A stretch of 64,000 nucleotides of DNA from Methylobacter sp. (lineage in GTDB: Bacteria; Pseudomonadota; Gammaproteobacteria; Methylococcales; Methylomonadaceae): NCBI GenBank assembly GCA_041660285.1, contig JBAZWN010000008.1, positions 6,110 through 70,109 of the forward strand, written 5' to 3'. The notes under the pieces are model-generated. The model was not told where the DNA came from. It saw only the letters and a list, made by a program, of their open reading frames with translations, and did not search any database. Both the position numbers and the translations under genes were made by a program. Shown here in pieces: positions 19,121 to 26,715 of the stretch; position 1 is the first letter of the stretch; every line of letters begins with the position of its first letter.

Positions 19121-19517
19121 GCAGTTGCTTAGGGTGTGGATGGTGGCGAATTATGACGGATACTAGCTGTTTTCCTGATAAATGGCATACTATTACCCTC
19201 CCACGCTAAAGACTGAGCTCGTAGCGCAACCCCTCAAAGGGCTACAAAGGTGGAAACAGCCTTCAGTTTTTTCCACTAATCGGCGTGGCTTTGCTATCCG
19301 CTAAAAATACGCATGCTTTTATTATCACAATAAGATAGAAATTAGTTTTGAAAGATTCTAACGCTCTTTTAGTATAGAATTGGCAAAATTTCGACGCCGT
19401 TTCTCAGTATTGCACAGGGCTTAAACGCCTCCAACCATGCACTTAATGCTGCGAGAAATCAGGACAGATTAAAGAGTTTGTCCTGATTAATCTCAAATGA
19501 TGTAAATAATTGTAAGA

Positions 19518-19871
19518 TTACTTGGGTTTTGCCAGCTTTTCATGTGTTGCCGCTGCTTTTTCGTGTTCTTTGGCTAGCGCATCATGATGCTCAGCCATTC
19601 TTTCGTAATGCCTCATTAACTCTTTGTGTCCAGCTTTTTCATACTCTAGCGCTACCGATCTAAAATGCTCTGCCATAGCCTTGTTATGCTCTGCGTATTG
19701 CATTTCAAGTTTGGCTGACTCAGAATGCTCCTCAGGTGAGGTTGCAGGTGCAGTGATATTGTTAGTGGGATGCTCAGGAGCAGGTGAGATTTCCGCTAAC
19801 AAGGGCGCAGAAACAACACTCATACAAGCAGTCAAAACCAAACCAAGATAAGTATTTTTGTTCATAATCAT
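19518..19871 (-). CDS. Secreted His/Met-rich helical protein, candidate periplasmic metal-binding protein
   Basis: Signal peptide ending APLLA; heptad-spaced His (AEHNKAM-AEHFRSV; AEHHDAL-AKEHEKA-AATHEKL). Confidence 0.75.
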   Translation of the reverse strand: MIMNKNTYLGLVLTACMSVVSAPLLAEISPAPEHPTNNITAPATSPEEHSESAKLEMQYAEHNKAMAEHFRSVALEYEKAGHKELMRHYERMAEHHDALAKEHEKAAATHEKLAKPK

Positions 19872-20038
19872 GCTCTCCAGAGAAGTAATAAATTATTAAA
19901 CCAATTATTTTGTGTTGAGTCTGTATCGTTAAACCACCACTCAATAACATTCTCAACATCTAACACTATAGTTGTACTGCTACAAAAAAGCCAATTGAAC
20001 AGGAGTTGGCCGGAAGCTGACATTCGCAGCCAACAGTG

Positions 20039-20368
20039 TTAAGGGTTAGCTTGATGACTCGAGGTCTTCTCTCCAGAGTACTTCGGAACGTAAATCCGAT
20101 ATAGATCATAAGGCACCACAACTGTGTCGAACACAGCCGAGAAAGGTAGGTCGGCAATAAGGATGGTTGCCATTAGCCCCTTGATCCAACCTGGGGTCGA
20201 ACTCTTATCGCTAAATAGCTCGCTAGTATCTTTTACGTCCTGCTGAATACCGGGATAGACGGTCCACTCCTTATCAGAGGTTTCAGTCCTAGCGCGTATG
20301 CTTGAACAACCTAATATAAGAAAGCTCATAAAAACAACGACAACCCATCTTCCAATATCTGACTTCAT
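20039..20368 (-). CDS. YceK/YidQ family lipoprotein
   Basis: Lipobox ILGCSS; YPG then DLPFSAVFDTVVVPYD, the family signature. Confidence 0.85.
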   Translation of the reverse strand: MKSDIGRWVVVVFMSFLILGCSSIRARTETSDKEWTVYPGIQQDVKDTSELFSDKSSTPGWIKGLMATILIADLPFSAVFDTVVVPYDLYRIYVPKYSGEKTSSHQANP

Positions 20369-20452
20369 AATTTTTTCCTTTAAATCAATGAGGGAATGAA
20401 GCTGGTTACTTTTTTAAGAAATTGATCGCATCCGACGACAAAGTCAAACTGA

Positions 20453-20594
20453 TAGAAGCTTTACCGAACCATATAATTCTTGCACAAGAAGTTCAGCCGA
20501 TGTTCGAATAATACGATGGCATGTAAAATCAATCCCAGACATAGGCACCATCCAAACGAATATTATGCCCACTACTCGCCCCATCGAATCTAAC
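20453..20594 (+). pseudogene. Internally deleted fragment of a second DUF2726 gene
   Basis: 20453-20497 matches 17881-17922 and 20492-20594 matches 18113-18215, joined at a shared TTCAGC; 5' part absent. Confidence 0.85.
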
Positions 20595-20649
20595 TCTGAG
20601 GCTTAGAAAGACTTAAGTTATTGTCTTAATATTTATCAAGCTTCTGAGT

Positions 20650-20681
20650 AAGAGTCCACTGGTTTATAGTATGTGGACTCT
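20650..20681 (-). other. Origin-like hairpin, copy 2 (direct repeat of 18296-18326)
   Basis: AAGAGTCCACTGGTTTATAGTATGTGGACTCT, identical to copy 1 except for one extra T in the loop. Confidence 0.65.
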
Positions 20682-20707
20682 CCTGCCCCCTAGTACGAGT
20701 CTTTAAC

Positions 20708-21235
20708 TTAAAGGCCGTTGATCGCAGTCGGCGAACAGGGATCTAGGAAAGGTGGCGGCGTGTTCATATTGTCTCTGACAAGCAGCACGCTCTCGCCGGA
20801 ACTGCTGTTGTAGTAGAGAGGGAAATTCGCCTGCTGATCCTTCTTCGGGTCGGCTGAGGTATCGATGATGATCTTACCCGTATTGTTGGCGACCGATCCT
20901 TTCGGCACGGTCTTTGGTTGGGCCAATTGCAGAAGATAGTCGAATGACTGGTTGTTGGCGAAGTTCTGGTTGCCTGAATAGACCTTGGCGGGCGTGAAGT
21001 TGAAATCCTTAGCTCCAGGCTGGGTGTTGTCGATGGAGTTGATTTTGTAGATTACGAATAACCCATTGCTGGAAGAGCCGGTGGTGTGTGGCGAGCCCGT
21101 CGGATCACTATCGAAGAGATAGCACGTTGCAGATTCGTCATAGTGAACGGTGACGGTGTCGCTACAAGCTACCAGGCCAAGCGCCGTGGAGACCGCGATC
21201 GCGCCAAATGAAATGAATTTGCTGTATGTTTTCAT
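20708..21235 (-). CDS. Hypothetical lipoprotein
   Basis: AGGAG RBS upstream of ATG 21235; lipobox LVAC; beta-rich mature part; visibly GC-richer than its flanks. Confidence 0.75.
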   Translation of the reverse strand: MKTYSKFISFGAIAVSTALGLVACSDTVTVHYDESATCYLFDSDPTGSPHTTGSSSNGLFVIYKINSIDNTQPGAKDFNFTPAKVYSGNQNFANNQSFDYLLQLAQPKTVPKGSVANNTGKIIIDTSADPKKDQQANFPLYYNSSSGESVLLVRDNMNTPPPFLDPCSPTAINGL

Positions 21236-21608
21236 GGTAAGTCCTCTCCTAAACGTACTCAAATTATGTCTAACCATTGATTATCACCGCACAACTAAGT
21301 TGCAACTCACTATAGCCGTTAATTATCCAATGTCAAGCACAAAACCGCCTACTCCGTTGGATGATGATCACTGCATTGCCTATTTACAAGCATCATCTAT
21401 AACTTACCTTATGTTCATCGCATTGCACGGTCTTTGTCCATTTTTTAGCAGCAGGACGCTCGGGAGTAACCGGCGCAGTACTTTCCATCTTGGACACTTC
21501 ATACAGTCCCATTTTATACCTCAGCACTTTGCCAACTAAAACGCAAGCATACATTTTCTTGGGACTCTGATTATTAGGCTGTTATAGTAGCTTAGCCTCT
21601 AGATGATT

Positions 21609-21636
21609 GGCAGTTTGCTACGCGAAACAGCCCTAC
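21609..21636 (-). repeat. Possible single GTAG-type REP
   Basis: Minus strand GTAG-GGCTGTTTCGC-GTA-GCAAACTGCC: GTAG tetranucleotide followed by an imperfect hairpin. Confidence 0.35.
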
Positions 21637-21654
21637 GGATTATTTGATAAAAAC

Positions 21655-22794
21655 ATGACTAAACACCCTGAATTCCCATTAACTGACGAACTGATTTACC
21701 TTAACCATGCCGCTGTAGCGCCGTGGCCTAAAAGAACCGGCGCGGCTGTAATTAAGTTTGCCGAGCAAAATACCCGCTACGGCTCTCATTTTTATCTGGA
21801 CTGGCTGAACAAGGAAGCTGAACTGCGCACGCAGTTGCAGGCTTTGTTGAATACGCCCTCCTCTGATGATATTGCCTTGGTTAAAAACACTTCCGAGGCG
21901 CTGTCTTTTGTCGCCTACGGTTTGGACTGGCAGTCCGGCGATAACATTGTTTCCAGTAATGAGGAATTCCCTTCCAACAGGCTGCCGTGGGAATCATTAG
22001 CCAGCCAGGGCGTGGAATTCCGGCAGGCTGATCTGCATGGCGCGGATTCGCCTGAGGAAACCTTGTTTGCCCTGGTGGACAGCAACACGCGCTTGTTGAC
22101 CATCAGTTCCATACAATTTGCTTCCGGTCTGCGCATGGATCTGAAAAAAATAGGTGCATTCTGCAAGCAGCGCGGTATTTTGTTTTGCATAGATGCTATC
22201 CAGAGTATTGGCGCGGTGAAGTTTGACGTGCAGGCTTGCCAGGCGGATTTCGTCATGGCTGACGGTCATAAATGGATGTTCGGCCCTGAAGGTCTGGGCG
22301 TTTTCTACACCACGCCGGAAGCCAGGGACAAGTTAAGGCTGACACAATTTGGCTGGCACATGATGAAAGACACCCATAATTATGAAAACCAGCCGTGGGA
22401 AGCTCATCCCTCTGCCCGCCGTTTTGAATGCGGCAGCCCCAATATGCTGGGAATTCATGCGCTTTCCGCCAGTTTGTCTTTATTACTGGAAACTGGGATG
22501 GATGTTGTCGAGTCGCTGGTGCTTGAGAAATCAGACTACTTGAAGGCTGAAATTGATAAAAACGGGCAGTTGATTCTGCTGTCGCCACGACATGCGCCGC
22601 TTAAGTCCGGTATTGTCGTATTCAAACACCGGACTGTTGCCAATGAGGTGTTATATAAATACCTGCAGGACAACGGTGTGGTTTGCGCCATGCGCGGCGG
22701 CGGCATACGGTTTTCACCGCATTTTTATAATACAAACGAAGAAATTGATAAGGCGCTGGGGTTGATTGCTGCTGCTATACCCCGCTCCCGATAG
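21655..22794 (+). CDS. Class V aminotransferase / cysteine desulfurase-like PLP enzyme
   Basis: IYLNHAAVAP, DAIQS, ADGHKWMFGPEG (PLP lysine), IRFSPHFYN; ATG 21655 preferred over TTG 21607; stop lies inside a downstream repeat. Confidence 0.9.
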   Translation: MTKHPEFPLTDELIYLNHAAVAPWPKRTGAAVIKFAEQNTRYGSHFYLDWLNKEAELRTQLQALLNTPSSDDIALVKNTSEALSFVAYGLDWQSGDNIVSSNEEFPSNRLPWESLASQGVEFRQADLHGADSPEETLFALVDSNTRLLTISSIQFASGLRMDLKKIGAFCKQRGILFCIDAIQSIGAVKFDVQACQADFVMADGHKWMFGPEGLGVFYTTPEARDKLRLTQFGWHMMKDTHNYENQPWEAHPSARRFECGSPNMLGIHALSASLSLLLETGMDVVESLVLEKSDYLKAEIDKNGQLILLSPRHAPLKSGIVVFKHRTVANEVLYKYLQDNGVVCAMRGGGIRFSPHFYNTNEEIDKALGLIAAAIPRSR

Positions 22795-22907
22795 AGAGGG
22801 TTGGGGTGAGGAGAAAATAATATCCCCCTCGGCAAATTGCTCCTGCATTGCTCTACCTCCTGCATCCATGCAGTCGTCATCCCAGCCTTCTCCCTCAAGG
22901 GAGAAGG
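22780..22907. repeat. Inverted pair of CCCTCTCCC/GGGAGAGGG-type palindromic repeats, the second interrupted by a 46-bp insert
   Basis: CCCCGCTCCCGATAGAGAGGGTTGGGGTGAGG (22780-22811) faces CCCCCTC-[insert 22831-22876]-TCATCCCAGCCTTCTCCCTCAAGGGAGAAGG. Confidence 0.7.
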
Positions 22908-22920
22908 CGCAGTGTCTCTA

Positions 22921-23700
22921 TTAAGACTGTGCTAGCTTAAACAGATTATAAAAATTCGCCGTCGATTGCTCTGCTATTTGGTTCACGGTCGTACCGCGCA
23001 ACTGCGCCAGTTGTTCCGCAACGTAGCGCACGTAAGTCGGATAGTTGGGCCTGCCGCGAAACGGCACCGGTGCCAGGTAAGGCGAATCCGTTTCGATCAG
23101 GAAACGGTCAGCCGGTACTTTCTTTGCCACTTCCTTGATTTCCTGGGCGCTGTTGAAGGTGACAATGCCGGAAAAAGAAATATGGAAATTCAAATCCAGC
23201 GCTTTTTTAGCAAATTCCCAGTCTTCGGTAAAGCAGTGGATTATGCCCCCTACTTCGCTTGCGCCCTCTTCTTCCAGTATCCGTAAAGTGTCATGTTTGG
23301 CTTCGCGGGTGTGGATAATCAGCGGTTTTTTCAGCACTTTCGCCGCGAGGATGTGATTCCTGAAACGCTGGTGCTGCCAGCTCAAATCGCCTTCGCTGCG
23401 GAAATAATCCAGCCCTGTCTCCCCTATTCCAATGACTTTATCGGGTTGGCCTAAGGTGATGAGTTCTTCAACGCTGGGGTCTTTGCCATCCTGTTCGTTG
23501 GGGTGTACGCCGACGGTAACGGATATTTGCGGATAATCGGAAACCAGAGCCAGCATTGCCGGATAGGCTTCCAAATCGATAGCGATACAGAGGAGGTGTT
23601 CAATTTGACAGTTTGCCGCTTCGCGCATGAAGCAGGCAAAATCATTTTGATAAGGCGCCAGATCAATGCGATCCAGGTGGCAGTGGGAATCTATTAACAT
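22921..23700 (-). CDS. TatD family hydrolase (YcfH-type)
   Basis: DSHCHLD, GVHP, GETGLDY, IIHTRE, HCFT, ETDSPYLAP motifs. Confidence 0.95.
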   Translation of the reverse strand: MLIDSHCHLDRIDLAPYQNDFACFMREAANCQIEHLLCIAIDLEAYPAMLALVSDYPQISVTVGVHPNEQDGKDPSVEELITLGQPDKVIGIGETGLDYFRSEGDLSWQHQRFRNHILAAKVLKKPLIIHTREAKHDTLRILEEEGASEVGGIIHCFTEDWEFAKKALDLNFHISFSGIVTFNSAQEIKEVAKKVPADRFLIETDSPYLAPVPFRGRPNYPTYVRYVAEQLAQLRGTTVNQIAEQSTANFYNLFKLAQS

Positions 23701-23714
23701 AAGAAAAAAGGGGG

Positions 23715-24065
23715 TTACATCGTGTGGGTCGAGCGGTCGTTTTCCAAAGAGCCGGCCAGATAGGTTTCTATCTTGTTACGTGCCATGCCGCCGTCCTGAT
23801 CGCTGAACTGTACGCCGACGCCGCAAGATCTATAACCATCCGAACCGGGCGGGGTAATCCAGATTATTTTCCCGGCAATGGGCAGTCGCTCGGTTTCTTC
23901 CATTAAATTGAGCAGCATGAACACTTCCTGCCCCATTTCATATTCGCGGTTGGTGGGAATAAACAAGCCGCCGTTGATAACAAACGGCATGTAGGCGGAA
24001 TACAAGGCGTTTTTATCTTTAATTGAGAGTGACAATATGCTTTGTCCTGCTGCTGGTTCTGCCAT
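23715..24065 (-). CDS. pilZ: Type IV pilus assembly protein PilZ
   Basis: LYSAYMPF..NGGLFIPT, GVGVQF, STHTM C-terminus; holB-pilZ-tatD synteny. Confidence 0.93.
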   Translation of the reverse strand: MAEPAAGQSILSLSIKDKNALYSAYMPFVINGGLFIPTNREYEMGQEVFMLLNLMEETERLPIAGKIIWITPPGSDGYRSCGVGVQFSDQDGGMARNKIETYLAGSLENDRSTHTM

Positions 24066-24068
24066 GGT

Positions 24069-25049
24069 TTATTTGCTCAGGTTTAGTTCAGACCATTGTA
24101 TTAAAATTTCTTCAAACATTGTGTGTTTATTTATTTGAGTGTCCAACCGTTGCCGGCACATCAATAACAGATCATACAGCTTATAAAGTCCTTTTAATTC
24201 AATTTGTTGAGAAAGTTCTTTCAAGTGATTGTTTAGGTCTGGATTATATAAATTTTCCGCCTTTGTTTGATAAAAGCATTTAATCAAGTCAATAACCCAG
24301 GATGTAATCCAGAATACCAAAGGCGATTCAGGCAGTTTTTGCCAGTCTTCGGCGACCATAACCGGATGGTTTTGCTGTCTTGCTATCGCCATCCACGCCT
24401 TGAAACATTCGTTACGCAGCTTTAACGAATCATTGCTTGCATAGTGTTGGGCCAATAGCGGCGCGCCCTGCGCCAAGCCAAGCAATGCATCCGGGTTGTC
24501 CTGTATGTTCTGTTGCCTCAACCACGCCAAAATGCTCTCTTTATCAGGCGTAGTGACGGCCAGTTTTTGGCAGCGGCTGACGATAGTCGCCGGTAATTTA
24601 GCGGGCCTATCGGTAATCAAAATAATGATGGTGCGCTCTGTCGGCTCTTCCAGGCATTTTAAAAACGCATTAGCCGCTGCATTATTCATTTTGTCGGCTG
24701 GATTAACAATCACAACGCGATAAGCCTCAAATTGCGGTTTTAAAGTCAATTTGGTGATCAGGCTGCGCATCTGGCCGACAGTAATGGCTTTCCCCGCTTC
24801 TTCGGGGGTTATTTGCATAAAATCAGGATGCGTTTCTGCATCCAGCAACAGGCAACTGTTGCAACGCCCGCAGCATAAACCGTTGGCCTGTGGTTTTGCA
24901 CAAAGCAGGGAATATGCGAACTGACTGGCCAGCTGCTGTTTGCCCAGCCCTTTGTTGCCGGTAATGAGCAGCGCCTGTGGAATGCGTTTCTGGGCAATAT
25001 AATTGCAGAAGTGATCCCAGTTTTGCTGTTGCCAGGGCAATAATGTCAT
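24069..25049 (-). CDS. holB: DNA polymerase III delta' subunit
   Basis: PWQ, GLGK, C..C..C zinc motif, HPDF, AANAFLKCLEEP, TIVSRCQ. Confidence 0.95.
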   Translation of the reverse strand: MTLLPWQQQNWDHFCNYIAQKRIPQALLITGNKGLGKQQLASQFAYSLLCAKPQANGLCCGRCNSCLLLDAETHPDFMQITPEEAGKAITVGQMRSLITKLTLKPQFEAYRVVIVNPADKMNNAAANAFLKCLEEPTERTIIILITDRPAKLPATIVSRCQKLAVTTPDKESILAWLRQQNIQDNPDALLGLAQGAPLLAQHYASNDSLKLRNECFKAWMAIARQQNHPVMVAEDWQKLPESPLVFWITSWVIDLIKCFYQTKAENLYNPDLNNHLKELSQQIELKGLYKLYDLLLMCRQRLDTQINKHTMFEEILIQWSELNLSK

Positions 25050-25699
25050 TTTGCGCTTCCATGATGCGTGGAGTACAAACCGAATAAAGGATGAATGATG
25101 TCAACAATTGCATTCTGCACATCAGGCAACGGCTGGTTTGCTTTTATCAGTTTGATGCGTTTCGGGTGCAGTTCGGCTTGCAATAAATAGGCACGTCTGA
25201 CCTGTTCGAAAAAGCTGACTTTTTCCAGTTCAAACCGGTCGAACGCCCCGCGTTCTCTCGCTCGCTCTATGCCTATCTCAACGGGGGCATCGAGCAACAG
25301 GGTCAAATCCGGCCTTAGTGAGCCCTGCACCAGGTTTTCCAGCCACTCGATGGTGCTGATTTTCATGTTGCGCCCGCCGCCCTGGTAAGCGTAAGTGGCA
25401 TCGGTAAAACGGTCGCAAAGCACCCATTTTCCCTGAGCCAGGGCGGGTTCTATGACATGTTTGATATGCTGCGCTCTGGCTGCAAACATCATCAATAATT
25501 CGGCCTGCTCTGAAATTTCCTCACTGTCCTTGTCCAGCAATAACAGGCGTATTTTTTCAGCCAGCTTGGTGCCACCGGGTTCGCGCGTAACAACGACGGG
25601 AATATTATGTTGCTGCAGATAATCTTTTATAAAGGCAAGGTTGGTGGTCTTCCCTACCCCTTCCCCGCCTTCCAGCGTTATAAATTTTCCCCTGATCAT
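25046..25699 (-). CDS. tmk: Thymidylate kinase
   Basis: EGGEGVGKTT P-loop, TREPGGT, CDRFTDATYAYQG. Confidence 0.97.
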   Translation of the reverse strand: MIRGKFITLEGGEGVGKTTNLAFIKDYLQQHNIPVVVTREPGGTKLAEKIRLLLLDKDSEEISEQAELLMMFAARAQHIKHVIEPALAQGKWVLCDRFTDATYAYQGGGRNMKISTIEWLENLVQGSLRPDLTLLLDAPVEIGIERARERGAFDRFELEKVSFFEQVRRAYLLQAELHPKRIKLIKANQPLPDVQNAIVDIIHPLFGLYSTHHGSAK

Positions 25700-26715
25700 T
25701 TTTTCTTCCGCTGAAAAGTATCAACAGCCGCGTTGTGATCTTCCAGTGTCATGGAAAACACATGGGTGCCGTCGCCGCGAGATACAAAATAAAGATTGCC
25801 GCTGCTATCAGGATGCAAGACGGCATTAATGGCGTCCCGTCCCGGCATGGCAATCGGCGTTGGCGGCAAGCCTTTGACAACATAAGTGTTGTACGGCGTA
25901 GCGTTTGTTAAGTCCGCATACCCGATATCACCCTTGTAATTCTCGCCCATGCCGTAAATTACCGTAGGATCGGTTTGCAGCAACATGTCTTGCTCAAGCC
26001 TGCGGATAAACACGCCGGCTATTAACGGCCTCTCGGCTTTTGCTCCGGTTTCTTTTTCTACAATTGAGGCAAGAATCAGTGCCTCATAAGGCGTTTTAAA
26101 CGGCAAACCCACGGCTCTGTTCAGCCATTCCTGCTGCAATACCGTCTGCATTTTGTCGTAGGCTCTTTTTAATAAAGAGACATCGGACATGTGTTTTTCA
26201 AAAAAATAGGTGTCTGGGAAAAACAAGCCTTCGGGCGAAGGCATGTTCATGCCCGCCTTAAGCTTGCTCATTAAGTTTCCCAAATCACTACCGGCCAAGG
26301 TGTGCTCAATATCAGGATTTTTCTCGATTTCGCGCAGTATTTCTTTAAAACTCCAGCCTTCAGGGAACGTGATGGTGTGCTGTTTGGTTTTTCCCTGAAC
26401 GAATAAAGCAAGTATTTCCGGTACAGTTAAGCCGGGGGCTAATTCGTATTCCCCCGGTTTGAGTTTTTTAAACGATTCATCCTGGAATGCGATAACTTTG
26501 AACCAGAGCGGTTTAATGGCAAGGTTTTGAGCAATAAGCTTATCGGTAATTTGGTTAAATGAATCACCTTTTTCGATTTCAATATCAACCTGTTTGCCGA
26601 TCACAGCCGGAGCGCGAAAAGCGCTTTGGTAATCCATCGATAACCAGCCGCTCAAGAATCCTAAAATAATTAATTCAAGTCCGATGATTTTATCGAGCGT
26701 TATGCAGCCCTTCAT
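25696..26715 (-). CDS. mltG: Endolytic murein transglycosylase
   Basis: EGLFFPDTY, LASIVEKET, LQTDPTVIYG, PPTPIAMPG, YFVSRGDG; start placed at ATG 26715 because the longer ORF overlaps pabC. Confidence 0.93.
   Translation of the reverse strand: MKGCITLDKIIGLELIILGFLSGWLSMDYQSAFRAPAVIGKQVDIEIEKGDSFNQITDKLIAQNLAIKPLWFKVIAFQDESFKKLKPGEYELAPGLTVPEILALFVQGKTKQHTITFPEGWSFKEILREIEKNPDIEHTLAGSDLGNLMSKLKAGMNMPSPEGLFFPDTYFFEKHMSDVSLLKRAYDKMQTVLQQEWLNRAVGLPFKTPYEALILASIVEKETGAKAERPLIAGVFIRRLEQDMLLQTDPTVIYGMGENYKGDIGYADLTNATPYNTYVVKGLPPTPIAMPGRDAINAVLHPDSSGNLYFVSRGDGTHVFSMTLEDHNAAVDTFQRKKK

Larger units (their letters stand above)
17214..21419. mobile_element. Decayed Xer-integrating (IMEX / filamentous-phage-derived) island next to dif
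   Basis: Starts at the XerC arm of dif; phage-type HTH gene, DUF2726 gene plus a deleted paralog, two Ff-origin-like hairpins and patchy base composition. No rep, zot or coat genes seen. Right border uncertain (21.3-21.6 kb). Confidence 0.65.

Noticed and set aside
18297-20681. The two identical hairpins as a CRISPR array
   Set aside because: Only two copies, 2.35 kb apart with whole genes between them; no cas genes.
18297-20681. The hairpins as integron attC sites
   Set aside because: No RYYYAAC...GTTRRRY ends, perfect stems without extrahelical bases, and no intI in the window.
21264-21274. TTATGTCTAAC as a XerD arm
   Set aside because: 8/11 match, but no ATAA or XerC-like arm at the 6-bp spacing.
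21581-21589. GTTATAGTA identical to the loop of the origin-like hairpin
   Set aside because: No GAGTCCAC/GTGGACTC stem around it; a 9-mer in AT-rich DNA is compatible with chance.
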